Shown piece by piece: positions 53,540 through 61,976 of a DNA stretch of 64,000 nucleotides (the first letter of the stretch is position 1; every line of letters starts with the position of its first letter). Location of the stretch: assembly GCA_965242865.1 (NCBI GenBank), contig CBDETK010000013.1, forward strand, positions 1,632,001 to 1,696,000. Direction: 5' to 3'. The notes below the pieces were generated by a model that was not told where the DNA came from, searched no databases, and worked only from the letters and a program-made list of their open reading frames with translations. Source of the stretch: Candidatus Latescibacterota bacterium (lineage in GTDB: Bacteria; Latescibacterota; UBA2968; UBA8231). A program made the position numbers and the translations under genes.

Positions 53540-54936
53540 TGCACCTACCCCTCCTCCGCGCCGGCCAGCCCTACGCCAGCCTCGACCGCTTGGCCGTCGT
53601 CCACATCGCCACCGGCCAGCCTGTGGCGCAAGTCAGCCAAGCCAACCGCGGCCTAATCGTTCGCGACTTGGCCGCGCAAGAGCGCAATCGCCAAGCACTG
53701 CAAGCTCTCCCCGTCGCCGACTTGGTCGCCATCAGCCAACGCGCCGCCGACCTCTTCTCGCACGCCGAACTGCCTTTGGGCGACGACGGCCAAACCCCGG
53801 ACGACTACGTCGCGCAAGTCTCGGCCACGACCGGCCTGCCCCAGTCGCTGGCCCGCGCCAACATGGACAAAATCCACCGCGTCGGCGTTGAAATGCCCGC
53901 CGTGCTCAGCGGCCTAACCCGGGGCTTGGACCCGACCGTCCTCGACGACGGCCCCAGTGCGCTCCACTTCGTGCCCCATGCCCACGCCCTCGGCTGCATC
54001 CTACCGAGCAATTCGCCCGGCGTCCACGCGCTGTGGCTGCCGGCCATCGCGCTCAAGACCCCGCTGGTGCTCAAGCCGGGCCGCGAAGAGCCGTGGACGC
54101 CCTATCGCATCGCCCAAGCCCTGATCGCGGCGGGCTGTCCACCCCACGCCCTGAGCTACTACCCGACCGACCACGGCGGCAGCACCGAAATCCTACTCGG
54201 CTGCGGGCGGGTGCTGCTGTTTGGGGGCGGTTCCACTGTGGCCCCTTGGCGCGCCGACGCCCGCGTCCAACTGCACGGCCCAGGGCGCAGCAAAATTCTC
54301 ATCGGCGCGGACAAAATTGACCAGTGGGAGCACTACCTCGACCTCATGGTCGCCTCCATCGCCGCCAATGGGGGCCGCTCTTGCCTCAACGCCTCGGGCG
54401 TCTGGGTGCCCACGCACGGCCGCGAAATAGCCGCCGCCCTCGGCGAGCGTCTGAGCCAAATCGAGGCCCGTCCCCTCGACGACCCCCAAGCCCAAGTAGC
54501 CGCCTTCCCCAATCCCGCCGGCGCGCACCAACTCTCGGCCTCGATCGACGCCCAACTCGGCGACGCAGCCCAAGACACGGCCCGAGGCCGAAGCGAACGC
54601 ATCGCCGAGACCGGCGGCTGCACCTTCCTCAACCCGACTTTGCTCCACGTCCCCGACTGGCAACATCCGCTCGCCAACACCGAATACCTCTTTCCCTTTG
54701 CCGCGGTCGTCGAAGTTCCACCAAAAGAAATGGTCGCCCGCATCGGCCCGACGCTGGTAGCGACCGCGCTGACCGAGGACGAGGGCCTAACGCGCCAACT
54801 GCTCGCGGCTCCTCACATCGAGCGCCTCAACCTCGGTCCGATTCCCACCCACCAAATCGCTTGGGACCAGCCGCACGAGGGCAACCTCTTCGATTTCCTG
54901 TACCAACAACGCGCCTTGCAGTGCCGCACCGGATGA
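53539..54936 (+). CDS. GriD/EhpG-like aldehyde dehydrogenase-fold protein (putative acyl reductase)
   Basis: LPSNSPGVH, LKPGREEPWTPYR, LFGG, HGPGRSK (no ALDH general-base ELGG), GGRSCLNAS catalytic Cys, EYLFPF, PHEGNLFDFLY. Confidence 0.78.
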   Translation: MHLPLLRAGQPYASLDRLAVVHIATGQPVAQVSQANRGLIVRDLAAQERNRQALQALPVADLVAISQRAADLFSHAELPLGDDGQTPDDYVAQVSATTGLPQSLARANMDKIHRVGVEMPAVLSGLTRGLDPTVLDDGPSALHFVPHAHALGCILPSNSPGVHALWLPAIALKTPLVLKPGREEPWTPYRIAQALIAAGCPPHALSYYPTDHGGSTEILLGCGRVLLFGGGSTVAPWRADARVQLHGPGRSKILIGADKIDQWEHYLDLMVASIAANGGRSCLNASGVWVPTHGREIAAALGERLSQIEARPLDDPQAQVAAFPNPAGAHQLSASIDAQLGDAAQDTARGRSERIAETGGCTFLNPTLLHVPDWQHPLANTEYLFPFAAVVEVPPKEMVARIGPTLVATALTEDEGLTRQLLAAPHIERLNLGPIPTHQIAWDQPHEGNLFDFLYQQRALQCRTG

Positions 54937-56060
54937 CCCCCTTCGACTTTGATCCGTCCATCCGCGTCGTCTTTGGGGCCGGAACCTTGGGGCAGCTAGG
55001 CGACCTCGCCCGCGCGTTGGCTGGCCCCCGCGCCCTGCTCGTAACCGACCCCGGTCTCGTGCAAGCCGGCCTCGCCGAACAGGCCGAGCACGCCCTACAA
55101 AACGCCGGCCTAACGACGATCCTCTTCGCCTCAGCAGGGGAAAACCCCACGACCGAACACGTGGGCGCAGGCGTCCACCACGCCCGCGCCCACGGCCCCA
55201 TCGATCTGATCGTCGCTTTGGGCGGCGGCAGCGCGCTGGATTGCGCTAAAGGCATCAACTTCCTGCTGACCAACGGCGGCCAAATGCAGGATTATCGAGG
55301 CTACGGCAAAGCCACCCAGCCCATGCTGCCCTCCATCGGCATCCCGACCACGGCCGGCACGGGGAGTGAAGCCCAATCCTACGCCCTGATTGCCTGCGCC
55401 GACACTCGCGCCAAGATGGCCTGCGGCGACCGCCAAGCGCGCTTTTGCATCGCCCTCCTCGACCCGAATCTGCTGGCCAGTACGCCCCAGTCCGTGCGCG
55501 CCGACGCCGGTATGGACGCCCTCGCCCACGCCGTCGAAAGCTACGTCTCCACCCGCAGGACGCCGCTGTCGCACATGTTCGCCAGCCAAGCCTGGGAGCT
55601 GCTCGCGCTCCACTACGAGGCGACCGTCGCCGACCCCCAAAACGCCGCCGACGCCATGCTCTTGGGGGCCCACTTGGCCGGCGCGGCCATTGAAAACTCC
55701 ATGCTCGGTGCCGCCCACGCCACCGCCAACCCCCTCACCGCCCGCTACCCCCTCTCGCACGGCCGCGCCGTGGCCCTGATGCTGCCGCACGTAATTCGGT
55801 TGAACGCCCCGGCAGTGGACGATCTATACGGCCAGCTTTGCGCCAAAATCCAACTCAAGGGCCGCGGGCTCGCGCTCGCCGCGCATCTCGAAGCGTTGGG
55901 TGCTAGGGTGGGGCTGCCGCGTCGGCTCGCCGATTGTCCGGTCGCCGCCAGCGATCTACCCGCCATGGCCCGAGAAGCCGCTGGCCAATGGACCGGCACC
56001 TTTAACCCACTTCCCCTGCAAGAGGCGGATTTCCTGCGGCTTTACGAGGCGGCGTTTTGA
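54933..56060 (+). CDS. Iron-containing alcohol dehydrogenase
   Basis: ATGA overlap; ENPT, GGGSALDCAK, IPTTAGTGSE, MDALAHAVE, AAHA...SHG metal ligands. Confidence 0.93.
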   Translation: MTPFDFDPSIRVVFGAGTLGQLGDLARALAGPRALLVTDPGLVQAGLAEQAEHALQNAGLTTILFASAGENPTTEHVGAGVHHARAHGPIDLIVALGGGSALDCAKGINFLLTNGGQMQDYRGYGKATQPMLPSIGIPTTAGTGSEAQSYALIACADTRAKMACGDRQARFCIALLDPNLLASTPQSVRADAGMDALAHAVESYVSTRRTPLSHMFASQAWELLALHYEATVADPQNAADAMLLGAHLAGAAIENSMLGAAHATANPLTARYPLSHGRAVALMLPHVIRLNAPAVDDLYGQLCAKIQLKGRGLALAAHLEALGARVGLPRRLADCPVAASDLPAMAREAAGQWTGTFNPLPLQEADFLRLYEAAF

Positions 56061-56105
56061 TGGAGGGACTTCCAACTGAGACTAATTTGAGGATTTTTTA
56101 GAACC

Positions 56106-56124
56106 GCCTACCGATTCGGTAGGC
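56106..56124. other. Perfect palindrome (GTAG-type REP-like unit or terminator stem)
   Basis: gcctaccga-t-tcggtaggc. Confidence 0.55.
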
Positions 56125-56154
56125 TTAGGCTGGTCAAGGTTTTTAATATGTAGC

Positions 56155-56183
56155 TTGACTTGAATCCAGAAATCTAATAAAAT
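56155..56183 (+). promoter_or_regulatory. Sigma70-type promoter
   Basis: TTGACT-17 bp-TAAAAT; predicted start site about 56190. Confidence 0.7.
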
Positions 56184-56189
56184 ATGCTT

Positions 56190-56254
56190 GACAGTCGAGA
56201 GGTCTGACCACCTTGGACCGTGGAAGCTTGGTCTTCCCTTGACTGTCTTTTTTT
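56190..56254 (+). ncRNA. Candidate ~65-nt structured RNA with U-tract upstream of DUF3800
   Basis: GACAGUCGAG(56190-99) pairs with CUUGACUGUC(56238-47); inner stems GACCA/UGGUC and CUU/AAG; T7 run at 56248-54. Confidence 0.6.
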
Positions 56255-56270
56255 GTTTAGAGGAAAAATC

Positions 56271-56963
56271 GTGCATTTATTGTACGCTGACGAGTCTGGT
56301 TCACCAAAGGACCCCAACCAAAACTATTTGGCCCTAGCAGGGGTCTCTATCTTTGAAAGGCAAAGTTACTGGATTTCCAATAAGCTTGATGAAATAGCTG
56401 CCAGATTTGATCCAGCCAATCCAGACGAAGTTGAACTTCACGGTAGCCCAATGATCAATGGTAAGGGTATATGGAGGCGTTATCCAAAAGATAAAAGATT
56501 CAAGGCCGTTGAAGATATTTTACAGGTGCTTGCTGATTCACACATCTCTAATCGGATATTTGCCATTGCAATCAAGAAATCCTCTATATCACCTAAAAAT
56601 CCTGTCGAAACAGCCTTTGAACAATTATCTAGTCGTTTCGATTTGTACCTAATGAGACTTTACAAGAACAAAGATACCCAGAGAGGAATTATTATTTTTG
56701 ACAAATCAACTTATGAATCGTCGTTACAGGCATTGGCCACTAATTTCAGAACGATTGGTCATAGTTGGGGGGTGCTAAGAAACCTCGCTGAGGTTCCTTT
56801 ATTTTTGGATTCAAGGGCATCTAGACTAATACAGTTAGCAGACATAATCGCGTATGTTATTTTTCGCTACTATGAAAGGTCTGACAATCGGTTTTTCCCC
56901 ATCATAAAGAGTCGGTTTGATGCGGAAGGAGGCAATGTACACGGCCTACATGTAATTCAGTAA
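56271..56963 (+). CDS. DUF3800 domain protein (RNase H-like fold)
   Basis: GTG start with AGAGG RBS; LLYADESG, ELHGS, IIFD, DS...LIQLADIIAY; strongly AT-rich compared with flanks. Confidence 0.88.
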   Translation: MHLLYADESGSPKDPNQNYLALAGVSIFERQSYWISNKLDEIAARFDPANPDEVELHGSPMINGKGIWRRYPKDKRFKAVEDILQVLADSHISNRIFAIAIKKSSISPKNPVETAFEQLSSRFDLYLMRLYKNKDTQRGIIIFDKSTYESSLQALATNFRTIGHSWGVLRNLAEVPLFLDSRASRLIQLADIIAYVIFRYYERSDNRFFPIIKSRFDAEGGNVHGLHVIQ

Positions 56964-57011
56964 TTGCTTTGTCCTCTAAAGACGATGATTTCTAATTTAC
57001 TTTCCCCTAAT

Positions 57012-58100
57012 ATGCCACTCTACTTCCTAGCCCTTCTCCTATTCACCACGGCCGCGGCCGACACTTGGAACACCTTTCGCGGCAATCCCCAACTCACTGG
57101 CGTCGCCGCCTCCAACCTCGTCCCACCGCTAACGCTGCTTTGGGCCTACTCCACCCAAGACGCGATTGAATCCACCGCTGCCATTTGCGAGGGCCGGGTG
57201 TACGTCGGCTCGCTCGATGGCCAGCTCTATGCACTCGATTTGCACACCGGCGCGCTAGTATGGCAGTACCAAGCCGACGGCGAGATCAAGTCCTCCCCGA
57301 CCGTGGCCGACAGCACCGTGTACTTCGGCGACGAAGCCGGCACCTTCCACGCGGTCGCCACCCAGAGCGGTCGCCGCCGCTGGACTTTCGCCGCCGCCGC
57401 GGGCATCACCTCCTCGGCCAATTACGCCGACGGCCGGCTCTACTTTGGCAGCTATGACCAGCACCTGTACTGCCTCGATGCCGCGGCCGGGACCTTGATT
57501 TGGAAAACCGCCACTGAGGGATATATTCACAGTACGCCGGTGCTGTACGAAAATCGCGTGGCCGTGGCCGGTTGCGATGGATACTTGCGGCTTTTGGACC
57601 GCGCCGACGGTTCGCAGCACCAGCAGCTCGCGCTGGGCGGGTACGCGGCCTCCAGCGTCGCTGTTCACGCGGGCCGTGCGTACCTAGGCACCTTTGGCAA
57701 CGAAGTGCTAGGCGTTGATTTGGGCGCGGGAAAAATCGGCTGGCGCTACGCTCATGCGGTGCGGAAATTTCCGTTTTACTCGTCGCCGGCCGTTGCCGAC
57801 CACGCCCTCGTCATTGGCGGCCGGGACAAGCTCGTCCACGCCCTCGACCCGCAAACCGGCCAACCCTTGTGGACCGGTGCCGCGGGAGCGCGGGTGGATT
57901 CATCGCCGGTCATTGCCGGCGAATACGTGTACGTAGGAGCCAATGCGCTCGTCGCGCTCGCACTCGCATCGGGCGCAGAGGTCTGGCGCTTTGAAACGGG
58001 CGCGGCCCTCGCGGCGTCGCCAGCTATCGCCGCCGGTCGGCTCGTCATTGGGGCCGCCGATGGGGTGCTGTATTGTTTCGGGAGCGCGAGCACCCAGTGA
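57012..58100 (+). CDS. Secreted PQQ-like/BamB-type beta-propeller protein
   Basis: Signal peptide; WNTFRGNPQLTG; about eight regular blades (ESTAAI, KSSPTV, TSSANY, HSTPVL, YSSPAV, DSSPVI, AASPAI). Confidence 0.9.
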   Translation: MPLYFLALLLFTTAAADTWNTFRGNPQLTGVAASNLVPPLTLLWAYSTQDAIESTAAICEGRVYVGSLDGQLYALDLHTGALVWQYQADGEIKSSPTVADSTVYFGDEAGTFHAVATQSGRRRWTFAAAAGITSSANYADGRLYFGSYDQHLYCLDAAAGTLIWKTATEGYIHSTPVLYENRVAVAGCDGYLRLLDRADGSQHQQLALGGYAASSVAVHAGRAYLGTFGNEVLGVDLGAGKIGWRYAHAVRKFPFYSSPAVADHALVIGGRDKLVHALDPQTGQPLWTGAAGARVDSSPVIAGEYVYVGANALVALALASGAEVWRFETGAALAASPAIAAGRLVIGAADGVLYCFGSASTQ

Positions 58101-59332
58101 CCCCCGGCAGAATCCGCTACGTCCTGTCCTATGTCGGCGGCAATGCGTTGTTGTTCGCCTTGACTTGGGTGTTCATCGCCGGGATCGGCGAAGTCTGGTT
58201 GCGACTGCAGTGGCCTTTCGCGCATAAGAGTCGGCCCTGGCACTTTGTCCCGAAGATGGGCCGTATGCTCAAACCCAACGCGGAAGTGCATGAGACGAAC
58301 CACTTTGACTTCTGGACCGTCTCGCGCACCAACAGCTGGGGTTTTCTCGACCGCGAACCCATCGCTCCCGAACGCGCCGCGTCAAGCTGCCATATCGCCC
58401 TGATCGGCGATTCCTTCGTCGCTGCCCGCCAAGTGCCCATTGCCGATAAATCGCACATTCGGCTCGAAGCACTCGCTGCCCGGGTGCTGCCCGAACTAGA
58501 CGTTACTACCTCGGCATTTGGGATCGGCAACACCGGCCAGCTCAACCAACTGCCGTTGTACGACGAATTTGCCCAGCGGTTGCGTCCCAAACTGCTGGTG
58601 CTCGTCTTTGTGTCAAACGACTTCGCAGACAACTCCTCGGTCTTGAAGAGCCTGCTATATGAATGGGACCCAGACCGGATACCGTGGGTGTCCGCTCAAC
58701 GAGACGCAGATGGCCGTATGAGGCTGCTGCCGCCTGATCCCAACTGGCGGGTGCAGCGGCCCCCGGCCAAGAGGACCCCCCAATACCTCACGAGGCGCAC
58801 GCTGCAGCTTGCGTCTCGGCGATCTTGGTTCGCGACTTGGTTGAATGCCACGCTCATCAGGCTCGGGGTGTTGTACTCGCTCGACGCGGCGGAAGAGTTG
58901 CGCCGGCGTCCCGGCTATGAAGCGTTGCTGGGCGGCTGGCAACCCAAGACAGGGCAGCGCATAGATTTGATGTTCAATGAAAAGGACCTGCCGCCATTTT
59001 TTGAGGCGGCCTTGGCCTTCACCGCCTTCGGCTTGGATCAATTCAAGGAACGCGCCGACCGCGATGGGGTGTCGTTAGTGATCTTGTCCACCCACACGAT
59101 GGGAAGCCGAGGCGACCCGGCCTTTGACCGCCTGACCGCCTTGGCCACCGCGCAGGGCATTCCCGTCATTGACCAGACCGACTATATCCGCCGCCAAGGT
59201 GCCAAGCGCAAGGATGCACATTGGCGGCTCGACCCTCATTGGAACGCGGCTGGCCACCAGTGGGCAGCCGAAGCCGTGCTCGAATACCTCAAGCGGAACC
59301 CAGCGGTCTGCCGGGCGTCCGCATCGCGCTGA
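58097..59332 (+). CDS. Membrane-anchored SGNH/GDSL hydrolase-like protein (AlgX/AlgJ-like)
   Basis: GTGA overlap; N-terminal TM ending EVWLRL; IALIGDSFV, FVSND, DPHWNAAGH. Confidence 0.8.
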   Translation: MTPGRIRYVLSYVGGNALLFALTWVFIAGIGEVWLRLQWPFAHKSRPWHFVPKMGRMLKPNAEVHETNHFDFWTVSRTNSWGFLDREPIAPERAASSCHIALIGDSFVAARQVPIADKSHIRLEALAARVLPELDVTTSAFGIGNTGQLNQLPLYDEFAQRLRPKLLVLVFVSNDFADNSSVLKSLLYEWDPDRIPWVSAQRDADGRMRLLPPDPNWRVQRPPAKRTPQYLTRRTLQLASRRSWFATWLNATLIRLGVLYSLDAAEELRRRPGYEALLGGWQPKTGQRIDLMFNEKDLPPFFEAALAFTAFGLDQFKERADRDGVSLVILSTHTMGSRGDPAFDRLTALATAQGIPVIDQTDYIRRQGAKRKDAHWRLDPHWNAAGHQWAAEAVLEYLKRNPAVCRASASR

Positions 59333-59386
59333 TTGCAACCTGAACGGCCTCTTTCCCATACCCTAGATTATCGCTAAACTTTTTCT

Positions 59387-60718
59387 ATGAATAAGAACGA
59401 CCCGGCCACCACGCGCGCCGACCGCACCGAAACCGAGGTCGGCAGTGTTTTTGTTTCCAACTATCCGGCCTATTCGTTTTGGGGCGAAGCGGACATCCCA
59501 CAGGCGCACCGCGCCCTCGCCGCCCCACCGCGCCCCAACACTCAGCTCGGCCTCTACCTCCACATTCCCTTCTGCCGCAAGCGCTGCAAGTTTTGCTACT
59601 TCCGCGTTTATACCGACAAAAACAGCGAGCAGATCCAAACCTATCTCGACGCCCTCGCCCGCGAGGTGGAACACTACGCCCAGCAGCCGGCGGTCCAGGA
59701 CCGGCCCCTGCACTTTATCTACTTTGGCGGCGGCACCCCCTCCTATATCAGCTCGCGCCACCTGCGCTCCTTAGTCGAGCGTCTCAAGGACGCCCTGCCT
59801 TGGGACCGCGCCGACGAAATCGCCTTTGAGTGCGAGCCGGGGACGCTGACCCAAGCCAAATTGGCAACTATCCGCAGCATCGGCGTTAGCCGCCTCAGTC
59901 TAGGGATTGAAAACCTCGACGACGAGATTTTGCGCCACAACGGCCGCGCCCACGTCAGCCGGGAAATTTACCAAGTCATGCCCTGGATCCACGCGCTCGA
60001 CTTCGAGCAGGTCAACGTCGATCTGATCGCCGGCATGGTCGGCGAGACCTGGGCGAGCTGGCGGCAGACCGTGCAAAAGACCATCGCGCTCAACCCGGAC
60101 AGCGTCACCGTCTATCAGATGGAGTTGCCCTACAACACGCTCTATTCCAGGGACTTGCTCGCGGGCGACGGCGAGCCGCTGGCCTTGGCCGACTGGAAAA
60201 CCAAGCGCGCCTATCACGCCTATGCGTTTGAGCAATTGGCCGCGGCTGGGTACGGGCGTTCGAGTGCCTACACCATGCAGAGAACGCCCGACGCCCGCTT
60301 CGCGTACCGCGACGCTGTGTGGACCGGCCAAGACCTAATCGGCGCGGGCGTTGCCTCCTTTTCCCATCTGAGCGGAGTTCACTATCAAAACGCGCCGCAC
60401 TGGGACGCGTACCTCGCCGCCATCCACCGCGGCGACCTCCCCATTCACCGCGCCTTTGCCACCGACCGCGAAGAGCAACTGACCCGCGAGGTGATTTTGC
60501 AGCTCAAGTTAGGCGCGCTGGAGCCCGCGTATTTTCGCGCCAAATTCGGGGTCGATATCGTCGCCCACTTTGCCGCGGCACTCAGCAGTCTGCGCGACGA
60601 AGGCATGCTCCAGTTCGATGCGACCTCCATCGCCCTGACCGACGAGGGCCTCATGCGCGTCGATCAGCTGCTGCCCGACTTGTACCAAACCAAATACCGC
60701 AACGCACGCTATACCTGA
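59387..60718 (+). CDS. HemN-like radical SAM enzyme
   Basis: LYLHIPFCRKRCKFCYF (CxxxCxxC), YFGGGTPS, ECEPG, RLSLG, NVDLIAG, HemN_C-like tail. Confidence 0.9.
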   Translation: MNKNDPATTRADRTETEVGSVFVSNYPAYSFWGEADIPQAHRALAAPPRPNTQLGLYLHIPFCRKRCKFCYFRVYTDKNSEQIQTYLDALAREVEHYAQQPAVQDRPLHFIYFGGGTPSYISSRHLRSLVERLKDALPWDRADEIAFECEPGTLTQAKLATIRSIGVSRLSLGIENLDDEILRHNGRAHVSREIYQVMPWIHALDFEQVNVDLIAGMVGETWASWRQTVQKTIALNPDSVTVYQMELPYNTLYSRDLLAGDGEPLALADWKTKRAYHAYAFEQLAAAGYGRSSAYTMQRTPDARFAYRDAVWTGQDLIGAGVASFSHLSGVHYQNAPHWDAYLAAIHRGDLPIHRAFATDREEQLTREVILQLKLGALEPAYFRAKFGVDIVAHFAAALSSLRDEGMLQFDATSIALTDEGLMRVDQLLPDLYQTKYRNARYT

Positions 60719-60728
60719 AGGAGGGACC

Positions 60729-61976
60729 ATGAAAAACGCGATCGCACTGCTGCTGCTCTCAACCGCCGTGGCCCAAGCGGCCGACTGGCCCCAGTGGCGC
60801 GGCCCCCAGCGCGACGGCATTTCCAGCGAAACCGGCCTTTTCACCACCGAGCGCCCTTTTGCCGAAGCATGGCGCGGCCCCCTCGGTCCGGGCTTTTCTG
60901 GCATCGCCGTTGCCGATGGCCGGGCCTTCACCCTGTTCGCCCACGGGGACGACGAGTTTGCGGTCTGCCTCGACGCCCAAACCGGCGAGGAACGCTGGCG
61001 CTTCCGCACCGGCCCGTACTACACTGAAACCCAAGGCGGCGATGGCCCGCGCTCAACGCCCACGGTCGATGGCGAGATCGTCTATGTGCTCGGTGCTCAC
61101 GGCCAGCTCTACGCCCTAGCGGCCGCCAGCGGCACCACGGTGTGGCAAAAGGACTTGGTCGCCGAGTTTGGCAGCAAAATGCCGCGGTGGGGGTTTAGTG
61201 CTTCCCCATTAGTTGAGGGCGATTTGCTCCTAATCGAAGCCGGCGGACGCAGCGGCAACTTCCTCGACTCCCTCACCGAAATGGTCGTCGATCGCCCGGT
61301 ACCCGCCACCGTCATCGCGTTCGACAAGGCCACCGGCCAAACCGCTTGGACCGCGCTCGACGACAAGATGGGGTACTCGTCGCCCATCGCCTTTACGGCC
61401 GGCGGTCAGCGCCAACTCGCCTTCTTTACCGGCTACGCCCTGACCGGCTTGGCCCCGGCCGACGGCCAGACCCTCTGGACGCATCCTTGGAAGACAGCTC
61501 ACGACATCAACGTCGCCACTCCGATCTTCATCCCGCCCAATCGCGTCTTTATCTCCTCGGGCTATGACAAGGGGGCCACGGTCTTGCAGATCGGCCCGAA
61601 CGCAGCGGTCGAGGAAATCTGGCGCAACAAAAAGATGAAGAACCAATTTTCCACCTGTGTGTACTACCAAGACCATCTCTACGGGTTTGACAAGACCATC
61701 CTCAAGTGCATTGACGCCCGCACCGGCGAGGAAAAGTGGAAGGCCCGAGGCTACGGCAACGGCACCCTAATCGCGGCCGACGGCCACCTCATCGTATTGG
61801 GCGAACAAGGCAATCTCGGCCTAGCCGAAGCCACGCCCGCCGGCTTCGACGTCAAGGTCAACTACCCCGCCTTACATGGCCGCTGCTGGACGGCCCCTTC
61901 GCTGGCCAATGGCCGCCTCTATATGCGCGACGAAAGGGAAATCGCCTGCCTCCAGATCCAAGGGGCGGCCCAATGA
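60729..61976 (+). CDS. Secreted PQQ-like/BamB-type beta-propeller protein
   Basis: AAGGAGG RBS; signal peptide then ADWPQWRGPQRDG; GPRSTPTV, WGFSASPLV, GYSSPI, CWTAPSL. Confidence 0.9.
   Translation: MKNAIALLLLSTAVAQAADWPQWRGPQRDGISSETGLFTTERPFAEAWRGPLGPGFSGIAVADGRAFTLFAHGDDEFAVCLDAQTGEERWRFRTGPYYTETQGGDGPRSTPTVDGEIVYVLGAHGQLYALAAASGTTVWQKDLVAEFGSKMPRWGFSASPLVEGDLLLIEAGGRSGNFLDSLTEMVVDRPVPATVIAFDKATGQTAWTALDDKMGYSSPIAFTAGGQRQLAFFTGYALTGLAPADGQTLWTHPWKTAHDINVATPIFIPPNRVFISSGYDKGATVLQIGPNAAVEEIWRNKKMKNQFSTCVYYQDHLYGFDKTILKCIDARTGEEKWKARGYGNGTLIAADGHLIVLGEQGNLGLAEATPAGFDVKVNYPALHGRCWTAPSLANGRLYMRDEREIACLQIQGAAQ

Noticed and set aside
51783-54936. Phenazine, grixazone or lux biosynthetic cluster
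   Set aside because: No phzA-G, griH/griI or luxAB genes in the window; only the reductase-like pair is present.
59387-60718. hemN or hemW gene symbol
   Set aside because: The fold motifs are shared by many HemN-like enzymes, and there are no tetrapyrrole genes in context.
48215-61976. Propellers as BamB or true PQQ alcohol dehydrogenases
   Set aside because: No lipobox or bam context, and no vicinal CC motif of quinoprotein alcohol dehydrogenases.
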